A stretch of 10,372 bases of DNA from Tolypothrix carrinoi HA7290-LM1 (GCA_019358935.1 JAHHIK010000182.1:1-10372), one strand, 5' to 3'. Positions 1 to 8,071 are shown, counted from the first letter of the stretch. Program-made: numbers and translations. The notes: a model not told the origin generated them from the sequence alone.

Positions 1-125
1 GCGGATAGGCGGGACTTTGGATAAGTTTACAAAAATGCATTCACAGGACGGATACAGTTATGGATTCTGATTTATATCGAAATATTCCGATTTATCCCAC
101 TACTTTAGGACTTAGTTAAATGGCA
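1..125. mobile_element. Left copy of a 125-bp repeat (probable end of a multicopy mobile element), truncated by the window edge
   Basis: 1-125 is the exact reverse complement of 10247-10371; identity stops after ...CTTAGTTAAATGGCA (then GAC on the left, ACT on the right). No transposase is visible, so the mobile-element call is inference. Confidence 0.65.
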
Positions 126-321
126 GACAAAATCTGAATGATTGGTTTTTGCCCACCTGCTGAAGCTCCTATTGCGACTATGTTGTAAGCAATATCGGGA
201 AAGTGTGACAGAATTCGCCCAGATTGTTGTACCGCCACGTTTTTTTTCATAGAATTATGCTTTGCGCTTCCGAGGCGATCGTAAATATAAATGCAATAGC
301 AGTATCACAAGTACAGCTGCT

Positions 322-370
322 ATGTTGGCTAACTAACATATATCTATGATATATGTTAGTTAGCCAACAT
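322..370. repeat. Perfect inverted repeat, 23-bp arms, 3-nt spacer
   Basis: ATGTTGGCTAACTAACATATATC (322-344) - TAT - GATATATGTTAGTTAGCCAACAT (348-370), no mismatches. Confidence 0.95.
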
Positions 371-473
371 CAAATCTTTACGTTCGGTAAACCTTTTGTC
401 AGAGGTTCTCCACAGCTGCGGTGTTATTTAATTGAGATAAAACTCGCTCAAACAGATTTCTGATATCTGTGTT

Positions 474-1184
474 GTGCAATCACCTAGCATCTCAATGGAA
501 AACCGACTTTTGGCTGCCCTGCCCCCTTCAGAATCAGATCGCATCATTGCTTATATGGAGTTCGTCTCCCTAGATTTCAAGCAATATCTCTACGAGCGTA
601 ACCAACCAATTGAGTACGTCTATTTCCCCACGCATGGTGTAGCCTCTCTGCTCACCGTAATGGAGAATGGTATGGCAATTGAAGTGGCTACGGTGGGCAA
701 TGAAGGAATGGTGGGTCTTCCAGTGTTCCTAGGAGCCAATAGCATTCCGGGCGAGTGTTTTATACAAGTCCCTGGCGATGGCTGGAGGATGAGAACAGAT
801 ATGTTTAGAGCGCATGTCACCCCAGCTAGCCCGTTGCACGAACTGCTGCAACGCTACACCCAAGCGTTGTTTAATCAAATCGCCCAATCAGCTGCGTGCA
901 ACCGTTTGCACTCAATTGAAGAGCGATTGTGCCGTTGGCTGCTGATGACCGCTGACCGAGTAGAGGCAAAAACTTTTCCACTCACCCAGGATTTTCTTTC
1001 CCAAATGCTGGGTGTGAACCGTTCCACAGTTAGTCTTGCTGCCTCGATTCTTCAGAGGGCAGGGTTAATGACCTATGTTCGGGGTCAAGTAACTATCCTT
1101 GACCGCTCAGGTTTAGAAGCTACAGCCTGCGAGTGTTATCGAATCGTCCAACAGGAGTTTGAGCGTTTGTTCAACGGCAAGTAA
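474..1184 (+). CDS. Crp/Fnr-family transcriptional regulator
   Basis: N-terminal cNMP-binding-like domain (LYERNQPIEYVYFP, EVATVGNEGMVG), dimerisation helix and C-terminal Crp HTH (EERLCRWLL...LTQDFLSQMLGVNRSTVS...GLMTYVRGQVTILD). Start is GTG 474 or ATG 495. Confidence 0.92.
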   Translation: MQSPSISMENRLLAALPPSESDRIIAYMEFVSLDFKQYLYERNQPIEYVYFPTHGVASLLTVMENGMAIEVATVGNEGMVGLPVFLGANSIPGECFIQVPGDGWRMRTDMFRAHVTPASPLHELLQRYTQALFNQIAQSAACNRLHSIEERLCRWLLMTADRVEAKTFPLTQDFLSQMLGVNRSTVSLAASILQRAGLMTYVRGQVTILDRSGLEATACECYRIVQQEFERLFNGK

Positions 1185-1191
1185 GGAAATA

Positions 1192-1236
1192 TTTGTAGCG
1201 TGCGTTAACGAAGTGTAACGCACCATTTGCTACAAA
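1192..1236. repeat. GTAG-type palindromic repeat / possible bidirectional terminator between convergent genes
   Basis: Outer stem TTTGTAGC (1192-1199)/GCTACAAA (1229-1236); inner stem GTGCGTTA (1200-1207)/TAACGCAC (1216-1223); lies between stop codons at 1184 (+) and 1242 (-). Confidence 0.7.
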
Positions 1237-1241
1237 GATGC

Positions 1242-2189
1242 TTAATACAACGCCTTCACCCACTCCCACTCCTGCATCAAACCTTCTCTGAGAGCAACTT
1301 TAGGCTGATATCCCAAAATTCTCTGCGCCTTCGATACATCCGCTGCCGTGTGACGCGCATCTCCCATCGCTTTTTCAATATGATTTCTCTTGATGGGTTT
1401 GCCGACAATTTCCTCCATCGTGTCCAACACTTCTTTTAACACCACCCTGCTACCACCGCCAATATTGAAAATCTCACCGACAGCTTCCGGTACGCTGGCA
1501 GCAGCTAAATTAGCCGCGACAGCATCACTAATAAAAGTAAAGTCCCGCGTTTGCAACCCATCGCCATAAATTGGAATCGCTTCATCTTGCAAAATCGATT
1601 TGAAGAACTTATGAAACGCCATATCCGGGCGCTGTCTCGGACCGTAAACTGTAAAATAACGCAACGCCACAAAAGGCACGCCAAAGTTTTTTTGATACAG
1701 TCCACACAACCTTTCAGCTGCTAGCTTGGTAATACCGTAAGGCGAAACTGGTGCCGGACAAATTTTCTCATGGGTGGGTAGAGTTTCCGCATCACCATAC
1801 ACGCTAGAAGTTGAAGCAAATACTAACCGTTTCAGGTGTTTGGCATCCTTTGCCGCTTCCAATAAAATTTGGGTAGCACTGATGTTCCGTTCAGTGTAAG
1901 CACGGAAACCTTGACCCCAACTAGCACGTACTCCCGCCTGCGCTGCTTGATGGTAAACTACTTCAACGTCTTTGAGGAGTGTTTGCCAATCTAAAAACTG
2001 AATATTTCCTTCAATTAATTCAAAGCCTGGGAACCAATGTAAGTGTGCAACATTCTTGCGCTTTAAAGTGGGGTCGTAGTAATCGTTAAACTCATCAATT
2101 CCGATTACTTCATCGCCTTGTTTCAGCAATGTTTCTGTAAGCTGAGAACCAATAAACCCTGCCGCGCCGGTGACAATAACTTTAGCCAT
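1242..2189 (-). CDS. NAD-dependent epimerase/dehydratase (extended SDR; UDP-glucuronate/UDP-glucose 4-epimerase-like)
   Basis: Rossmann motif TGAAGFIG, HQAAQAGVR, STSSVYG, catalytic YxxxK (YGITK), LRYFTVYGPRQRPDMA, RDFTF. Confidence 0.93.
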   Translation of the reverse strand: MAKVIVTGAAGFIGSQLTETLLKQGDEVIGIDEFNDYYDPTLKRKNVAHLHWFPGFELIEGNIQFLDWQTLLKDVEVVYHQAAQAGVRASWGQGFRAYTERNISATQILLEAAKDAKHLKRLVFASTSSVYGDAETLPTHEKICPAPVSPYGITKLAAERLCGLYQKNFGVPFVALRYFTVYGPRQRPDMAFHKFFKSILQDEAIPIYGDGLQTRDFTFISDAVAANLAAASVPEAVGEIFNIGGGSRVVLKEVLDTMEEIVGKPIKRNHIEKAMGDARHTAADVSKAQRILGYQPKVALREGLMQEWEWVKALY

Positions 2190-2457
2190 GTTCTGTGATT
2201 TTTGGATATTTTATCAATTTGAATATTCCCAGGTTAATCTTTACACCCAGGTAAACGCCAATACTTTAGGATTATTTTTTTAAACAATTATTTGCAGATA
2301 AAAATCGTTACTTGAAAATACCTAAATACTGTGGTTTGGTGGCAAATATATCAGTATATTTGTTGATTTTTTTCGATAATAGTTTTTACGTAAATATATT
2401 TAAAGACTAATTTAAATGTTTAAAATCATACATTCTGAACCAGTACTTGCAGATGGT

Positions 2458-2471
2458 GTAATATAAATTAC
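2458..2471. promoter_or_regulatory. Candidate NtcA box (GTA-N8-TAC)
   Basis: GTA-ATATAAAT-TAC, preceded by T, in the divergent intergenic region. No -10 box at the canonical ~22-nt distance on either strand. Confidence 0.35.
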
Positions 2472-2521
2472 GTAGTAAGCACGAAGAGTGCTGATTTAAA
2501 GCACGCGCATTGCTTACTACG
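2471..2521. repeat. GTAG-type REP-like palindromic repeat
   Basis: CGTAGTAAGCA (2471-2481)/TGCTTACTACG (2511-2521) perfect 11-bp arms; same GTAGTAAGC...GCTTACTAC arms as 9289-9314. Confidence 0.75.
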
Positions 2522-2577
2522 AAATAACAATCAATTCCTGATGGGGGCTTGCATCAGCGTCAGAATTGATGGAAAAA

Positions 2578-2617
2578 TTGATTGGCGAAAAGACTTAAGG
2601 CATAATCATCGCAAGGA
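2578..2617 (+). promoter_or_regulatory. Candidate sigma70-type promoter and SD for purD
   Basis: TTGATT (2578-2583)-N17-CATAAT (2601-2606); AAGGA (2613-2617) 6 nt before GTG 2624. Confidence 0.4.
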
Positions 2618-2623
2618 AAGCGC

Positions 2624-3904
2624 GTGAAAGTTTTAGTTGTTGGTAGTGGAGGGCGGGAACATGCTCTAGCATGGAAACTGCTGCAATCTAAGCAAGTTGA
2701 GCAAGTTGTGTGCGTGCCGGGAAATGGTGGTACGGCTTCTTTAGAACGCTGTGAAAATTTACCTCTGGCGGTAGATGACTTTGAAGGCATCAGCCGCTAT
2801 TCTCTACAAAATAACATTTCTTTGGTGGTCGTTGGTCCAGAAGTACCGCTGGCAAAGGGAATTACCGACTATCTGCAAAATAAAGGTTTGATGGTTTTCG
2901 GTCCGACGAGAGCGGGAGCGCAAATTGAGGCGAGTAAGGCTTGGGCAAAAGCTTTGATGCAGGAAGCGAAAATTCCCACAGCGAAGGCTGCGGTATTTAC
3001 GGAGGCAAAAGCAGCTAAATCATATGTGAAATCGCAGGGCGCACCAATTGTTGTCAAGGCTGATGGTTTGGCGGCTGGTAAGGGCGTAACTGTGGCAGCA
3101 ACAGTGGAACAGGCACAGGCGGCTATTGATGCGATTTTTCAAGGGCAGTTTGGCAGCGCTGGAGAATTTGTAGTTATTGAAGAGTGCTTGACTGGGCAGG
3201 AAGTGTCAGTTTTAGCCTTGACGGATGGATTGACGATTCGCCCTTTATTGCCCGCTCAAGATCATAAACGAATTGGCGAGGGCGATACAGGAGATAATAC
3301 AGGGGGAATGGGAGCTTATGCCCCAGCACCGATCGCTACACCGCAAATTATGGAATGCGTGCAAAAAGAAGTGCTAGAGAAAGCGATCGCCATCCTCAAA
3401 ACCAAAAACATCGACTACCGAGGCATTCTCTACGCCGGCTTAATGATTGCCCCAGATGGCAATTTTAAAGTTTTAGAATTTAACTGTCGCTTTGGCGACC
3501 CAGAAACACAAGTCATTCTCCCACTGTTAGAAACACCCCTAGAAGAATTAATGATTGCCTGCGTCCAGCAACGCCTGGGAGACATGCCGCCCATCGCTTG
3601 GAAAGGTGGGGCATCTGCGACCGTCGTCGCAGCCGCAGGCGGCTATCCTGGGGCGTATGAGAAAGGAAAAGTAATTACAGGCATTGAACAAGCTTTATCC
3701 GCAGGAACTAACGTATTTCATGCTGGGACAAAGTTGCAGCAGCAAGTAGTGACAGATGGCGGTCGGGTGTTGAATGTCACCGGCATAGGAGAGAATTTTG
3801 CTCAAGCGATCGCTTCTGCATACGCCGGCATCAAATGCATCCACTTTGAGGGAATGTATTATCGGCGCGATATTGGTCATCGGGTAATGGGGGATGGGGC
3901 ATAG
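2624..3904 (+). CDS. purD: Phosphoribosylamine--glycine ligase (GAR synthetase)
   Basis: Signature motifs [79 protein letters not shown] start with SD. Confidence 0.98.
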   Translation: MKVLVVGSGGREHALAWKLLQSKQVEQVVCVPGNGGTASLERCENLPLAVDDFEGISRYSLQNNISLVVVGPEVPLAKGITDYLQNKGLMVFGPTRAGAQIEASKAWAKALMQEAKIPTAKAAVFTEAKAAKSYVKSQGAPIVVKADGLAAGKGVTVAATVEQAQAAIDAIFQGQFGSAGEFVVIEECLTGQEVSVLALTDGLTIRPLLPAQDHKRIGEGDTGDNTGGMGAYAPAPIATPQIMECVQKEVLEKAIAILKTKNIDYRGILYAGLMIAPDGNFKVLEFNCRFGDPETQVILPLLETPLEELMIACVQQRLGDMPPIAWKGGASATVVAAAGGYPGAYEKGKVITGIEQALSAGTNVFHAGTKLQQQVVTDGGRVLNVTGIGENFAQAIASAYAGIKCIHFEGMYYRRDIGHRVMGDGA

Positions 3905-3937
3905 GGCAATGGGCATGGGGCATGGGGCATGGGGGAT
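3882..3937. repeat. STRR-type heptamer tandem array (GGGGCAT-like, 8 degenerate units)
   Basis: GGGTAAT GGGGGAT GGGGCAT AGGGCAA TGGGCAT GGGGCAT GGGGCAT GGGGGAT; overlaps the purD stop codon. Confidence 0.9.
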
Positions 3938-3939
3938 GG

Positions 3940-4003
3940 GACAAGGAGACAAGGAGACAAGGAGACAAGGAGACAAGGAGACAAGGAGACAAGGAGACAA
4001 GGA
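3940..4003. repeat. Octamer tandem repeat (GACAAGGA)x8
   Basis: Eight perfect consecutive copies. Confidence 0.97.
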
Positions 4004-4020
4004 AGAATTTATCCGATTCT

Positions 4021-4167
4021 CAATGCCCAATGCCCAATGCCCAATGCCCAATGCCCATTGCCCAATGCCCAATGCCCAATGCCCATTGCCCAATGCCCAA
4101 TGCCCAATGCCCAATGCCCATTGCCCAATGCCCATTGCCCAATGCCCAATTCCCATTCCCCATTCCC
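4021..4167. repeat. STRR-type heptamer tandem array CA(A/T)TGCC x18 plus 3 degenerate units
   Basis: CAATGCC/CATTGCC in 7-nt register 4021-4146, then CAATTCC CATTCCC CATTCCC; inverted relative to the 3882-3937 array. Confidence 0.95.
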
Positions 4168-4246
4168 CACTAACATTTTTGTCAAATTAACTGTTAATTT
4201 TTAGTTGTTGGGGTTTATAAGAGAAACTACTAACAATTTGTTTAAA

Positions 4247-6160
4247 ATGCTGGCTTTTTTTAAAACAATCCGAGAAGCGATCGCCAATTGGTGGTCGGAG
4301 TTCACTCTCCAGACCAAGCTTTTGGCTGCTGCCACTTTAGTGGTTTCTTTAATTATGAGTGGTCTAACCTTCTGGGCTGTGAATACGATTCAGCAGGATG
4401 CACGTCTGAATGATACCCGCTTCGGTCGTGACCTCGGACTGCTACTTGCTGGTAACATTGCCCCGCTAATAAAAGACGAAAATCTCACCGAAGTTGCCCA
4501 ATTTTCCCAACGCTTTTACAGCAGCACCTCTAGCGTGCGTTATATGCTGTATGCTGATGAAACTGGGAAAATCTTTTTTGGCATTCCCTTTTGGGAACCA
4601 GAGGTAGAAACGTCCCTAACAATTGAGCGTCGGATACAGCTACCAGATGATTATGCTGCCGATGCAGACAAGCCGATGGTGCGACAACATCAGTCGCCGG
4701 ATGGAGTCGTAACTGATGTATTTGTGCCTTTGATTGCTGATAACAAATATTTGGGTGTATTAGCGATCGGCATTAACCCCAATCAAACCGCAGTCATTTC
4801 CACAAATTTTACCCGCGATGTCACCATTGCCGTATTTATCACGATTTGGGTAATGGTGATTTTGGCAGGAGTAGTCAACGCTTTAACCATTACCAAGCCA
4901 ATTAAAGAACTTTTAGCCGGAGTAAAACAAATTGCTGCCGGAAATTTTCAGCAGCGAATTGACTTACCCCTAGGTGGGGAACTAGGAGAGTTAATTTTAA
5001 GCTTTAATGACATGGCAGAGCGTTTGGAGAGTTACGAAGAACAAAATATTGAAGAACTGACGGCAGAAAAAGCCAAGTTAGAAACGTTGGTTTTCACCAT
5101 TGCTGATGGTGCAGTGCTGATTGACAACAACATGCAGGTGATATTAGTCAACCCCACAGCGCGGCGAATTTTTGGCTGGGGAAATAGTCATGTCGAAGGT
5201 AGTAGTGTATTGTCTCATTTGCCCTCAGCAGTGCAAATGGAAATCACCCGACCCTTGTATGAAATGGCAGCAGGTAAGTGCGAAAGCGCTGAGTTTCGCA
5301 TCCCGATTAGCGAACCTACCAAGCGCACCATCCGCATTCTTTTAACTACAGTTCTCAACCAGCAACGGGAGAATATTAAAGGTATCGCGATCACCGTGCA
5401 AGATATTACCCGTGAAGTAGAACTAAACGAGGCAAAAAGCCAATTTATCAGCAACGTTTCCCACGAATTGCGAACTCCTTTATTTAATATCAAATCGTTT
5501 ATCGAAACTCTGCACGAATACGGTGAAGATTTGGGTGTAAATCAACGGCGGGAATTTCTAGAAACAGTTAACCATGAAACCGATCGCTTGACTCGTCTGG
5601 TTAATGATGTTTTGGATTTGACCAAGCTTGAATCTGGTCGCAATTATCACTTTAATGGAGTCGATTTAGCGCAAGCGATCGACCAAACTCTACGTACTTA
5701 CCAACTTAATGCTAGAGATAAAGGCATCGAACTTATTCAAGAAGTAGCCCCAAACTTACCGCTAGTAGTCGGTAATTATGATTTGTTACTGCAAGTGTTA
5801 GCAAATCTGGTTGGTAATTGCCTGAAATTTTCTCTTGCTGGTGGCAAAGTTGCAATTCGCACTTATCAATTAGACTCAAAACCCGATCGCAACCAGCCAG
5901 GTCAAGTGCGCGTAGAAGTCTCCGATACTGGTATTGGCATTCCTCCAGAAGACCAAAAAGCAATTTTTGACCGCTTCTTCCGGGTTGAAAACAGAGTTCA
6001 CACTTTAGAAGGCACAGGTTTAGGACTATCAATTGTCAGAAATATCATCGAAGAAAAGCATCACAGTAAAGTCCATCTCGTGAGTGAAGTTGGCGTTGGT
6101 ACAACTTTTTGGTTTGATTTAACTGTTTTTAATGAAAATGCAATTCCAGTTGAAATGTAG
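4247..6160 (+). CDS. nblS: Sensor histidine kinase NblS/Hik33 (DspA/Dfr)
   Basis: WWSEFTLQTKLLA N-terminus, two TM segments, HAMP (ITKPIKELL...SFNDMAERL), PAS, H-box FISNVSHELRTPLFNIKSF, HATPase G-boxes (DTGIGIP, GTGLGLSIV); follows purD as is usual in cyanobacteria. ATG 4247 preferred over TTG 4205. Confidence 0.95.
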   Translation: MLAFFKTIREAIANWWSEFTLQTKLLAAATLVVSLIMSGLTFWAVNTIQQDARLNDTRFGRDLGLLLAGNIAPLIKDENLTEVAQFSQRFYSSTSSVRYMLYADETGKIFFGIPFWEPEVETSLTIERRIQLPDDYAADADKPMVRQHQSPDGVVTDVFVPLIADNKYLGVLAIGINPNQTAVISTNFTRDVTIAVFITIWVMVILAGVVNALTITKPIKELLAGVKQIAAGNFQQRIDLPLGGELGELILSFNDMAERLESYEEQNIEELTAEKAKLETLVFTIADGAVLIDNNMQVILVNPTARRIFGWGNSHVEGSSVLSHLPSAVQMEITRPLYEMAAGKCESAEFRIPISEPTKRTIRILLTTVLNQQRENIKGIAITVQDITREVELNEAKSQFISNVSHELRTPLFNIKSFIETLHEYGEDLGVNQRREFLETVNHETDRLTRLVNDVLDLTKLESGRNYHFNGVDLAQAIDQTLRTYQLNARDKGIELIQEVAPNLPLVVGNYDLLLQVLANLVGNCLKFSLAGGKVAIRTYQLDSKPDRNQPGQVRVEVSDTGIGIPPEDQKAIFDRFFRVENRVHTLEGTGLGLSIVRNIIEEKHHSKVHLVSEVGVGTTFWFDLTVFNENAIPVEM

Positions 6161-6204
6161 TTTAAAAAAGTCAAGAAAGATTGTTGATTGTTAAATTATT
6201 TACC

Positions 6205-6684
6205 TCAAATATCCTCATTCAATCTCAAATAAATCTCAGATTCATGTTCACTAGCCCAGTCAATGTTCCAATCTACAAATCCAAGGCTGCGGTAAAGTTT
6301 GGCTGCGGTTTCATTACCTCGTTTATGGCTAGTTGCAATCAATTCAACTTCTGGATGCAGCTTTAAACGCCTTATTAACTCTAAAATTGTCGCTTGTCCG
6401 TAGCCTTGTTGCTGATATTTGCGGTCAATCATGAGACGGAGAATAAATCCAACGCCAGCCACTATTTCATACATTGTAAAACCAATCATTGGCAACTGAG
6501 GCTTTTCGTAACCCACAACTTTGGCATCGTAGATAGCCAAGGGAAACAAATTTGAATTTACATAAGCCTCAGCCAATGATTTTACGTTAGATGCTATAAA
6601 TCCTTTTTGGGATTCTTTTACTTCAAGACTGATGCATTCAAAGAAATTATCATGGATGACTTTGCGTAAATGAACCTTAGCCAA
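6205..6684 (-). CDS. GNAT-family N-acetyltransferase (spermidine/diamine acetyltransferase-like)
   Basis: Acetyl-CoA motif RLMIDRKYQQQGYG and NETAAKLYRSLGF; TTG start with strong SD AAGGAG (6690-6695) 5 nt upstream. Confidence 0.9.
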   Translation of the reverse strand: MAKVHLRKVIHDNFFECISLEVKESQKGFIASNVKSLAEAYVNSNLFPLAIYDAKVVGYEKPQLPMIGFTMYEIVAGVGFILRLMIDRKYQQQGYGQATILELIRRLKLHPEVELIATSHKRGNETAAKLYRSLGFVDWNIDWASEHESEIYLRLNEDI

Positions 6685-6825
6685 ATTTACTCCTTTATTT
6701 TGGTTTAATTAGACTTAGTGGTATTAGTCGGGCAAAAGGCAAAGGGAAGGATTAAAAGAATTGAAAAATCATGCATTTCTTTGTCCTTTAATTTTTTTCC
6801 AGTCATAGTGCAAGTTAAATATATA

Positions 6826-7194
6826 TCACCTAAATAAAGCTATCAACAAACATACTAATACTAAACTTAGTAACAATAACAAAGACGAATTGCGTTTAAT
6901 CCAGTTTTTTACAGTTGCACCAAAGCTGGTGTTTTCAGGCTGTTGTTGCAACTGTAACTTGTTCTCTTCAATGTTTTGATAGAGAGTACATTCTTTAGCG
7001 TAGGGACGTTGAGGAAAGTTACAACTATCATCAGCGTGGTAGGTGCAACTGTCACACAAATACTCTTTCCCGGTAGCACGATGTAAGGGAATGCCGGGAT
7101 GTCCGAACGCTTTGAGAGTTGTGCGGCAATGGGGACAGGTGACAGCTTGACTGTCAACGAGTTGATGACAACGGGGACAAGATACAGTAGCCAA
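6826..7194 (-). CDS. Zinc-ribbon domain protein with C-terminal membrane anchor
   Basis: CPRC...CPHC ribbon, second Cys cluster CDSC...C...C, hydrophobic C-terminus (LLLLLSLVLVCLLIALF); TTG start. Confidence 0.8.
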   Translation of the reverse strand: MATVSCPRCHQLVDSQAVTCPHCRTTLKAFGHPGIPLHRATGKEYLCDSCTYHADDSCNFPQRPYAKECTLYQNIEENKLQLQQQPENTSFGATVKNWIKRNSSLLLLLSLVLVCLLIALFR

Positions 7195-7304
7195 AACTTG
7201 AACGTCAATAAATAAACATTCTGATTTTAGCTATTTACAGCAAAGGATGGATCGATTTAAGATTTAGAATTTGGGATTGGGTATTATTAATTTGTATCTT
7301 CACC

Positions 7305-7449
7305 TATAGCAACTCTAAATCATTTATAAAATTCTCTTCTTTCTCTTCCTCTGTGTCCTCCGCGCTCCACCGAAGGTTTGATCGGAGGAAACCTCCGCTC
7401 AAACTTCTCTCTGCGGTTAGTTACTCATAAATAAAATCAAATTGCAATA
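7305..7449. mobile_element. Degenerate MITE-like element with internal hairpin insert
   Basis: Imperfect terminal inverted repeats TATAGCAACTCTAAATCATTTATAA (7305-7329) vs 7425-7449 (17/25 by eye), TA at both outer ends, CT-rich interior and GC-rich hairpin 7372-7407. Confidence 0.45.
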
Positions 7450-7521
7450 TATTTATCTAGATATTTTCATTATTTGAATTTAAATAGAGATACAATCAAA
7501 ATAAAAGTATTAGTAAAGCAA

Positions 7522-8043
7522 ATGATGGGAGCAGTTCACGCTAAAGTAAAGTTAACAAATGCTGTAGATGAGGAGTTAGTAAATCGAGGTTTGCTAGCAC
7601 CAACGTTATTGCGCGAGCATGAAACTCAAGGACTAGTTGATACAGGAGCAGTGTCTTTAGTAATTCCTACAGAGATTGTAGAGCAGCTAGGTTTGCGAAT
7701 TAGAGGTCAGCGACTTGCTCAATACGCTAACGGAAGTGAGGAAATTGTCGGAGTAACCGGACCTGTAATCGTTGAGTGTCAAGGACGTGAAACTGTTGCA
7801 GAGGCTTTAGTTGTGGGTAATGAGGTGTTGATTGGTCTGGTGGTTTTAGAACAGTTAGATTTACTGGTAGATTGCAAAAATCAGCGGTTGATACCGAATC
7901 CAGCTAATCCTGATTATCCAGTGGCGATGATTAAGTGTTTAGGCGATGTAAGCGCGACAAGCCGAGGAAGCGTCTACGCTTCTCAATATACTTCAATTAG
8001 CTTGCTTATTTATCAAAAAACTACTATATATTTCAAAATTTAA
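7522..8043 (+). CDS. Clan AA (retropepsin-like) aspartic protease
   Basis: Catalytic LVDTGA, flap-like YANG, and VLIGLVVLEQLDLLVDC motif. Likely start ATG 7522 or 7525 rather than TTG 7474. C-terminal tail after about 7935 looks non-native. Confidence 0.88.
   Translation: MMGAVHAKVKLTNAVDEELVNRGLLAPTLLREHETQGLVDTGAVSLVIPTEIVEQLGLRIRGQRLAQYANGSEEIVGVTGPVIVECQGRETVAEALVVGNEVLIGLVVLEQLDLLVDCKNQRLIPNPANPDYPVAMIKCLGDVSATSRGSVYASQYTSISLLIYQKTTIYFKI
7943..7979. mobile_element. HIP1 site interrupted by a 29-nt insert (SDR5-like small dispersed repeat)
   Basis: GCGAT (7943-7947) + GTAAGCGCGACAAGCCGAGGAAGCGTCTA + CGC (7977-7979); removing the insert restores GCGATCGC. Confidence 0.65.
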
Positions 8044-8071
8044 CGAAACGTTAACTTTATTAAATAACCGA

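Noticed and set aside
302..314. NtcA-like GTA...TAC upstream of the Crp gene
   Set aside because: Spacer is 7 nt, not 8.
3882..4167. Possible CRISPR array
   Set aside because: Units are 7-8 nt, directly tandem, with no unique spacers and no cas genes.
3695..4204. ORFs 3695-4156 (-), 3894-4190, 3922-4173 and 3929-4204 (+) with periodic peptides ([15 protein letters not shown])
   Set aside because: They are translations of stop-free 7-mer and 8-mer tandem DNA repeats open in several frames; no evidence that they are real genes or peptide precursors.
4230..4247. HLR1 (RpaB)-like direct repeat before nblS (CTAACAAT-TT-GTTTAAAA)
   Set aside because: Four mismatches to the consensus in AT-rich sequence; too weak.
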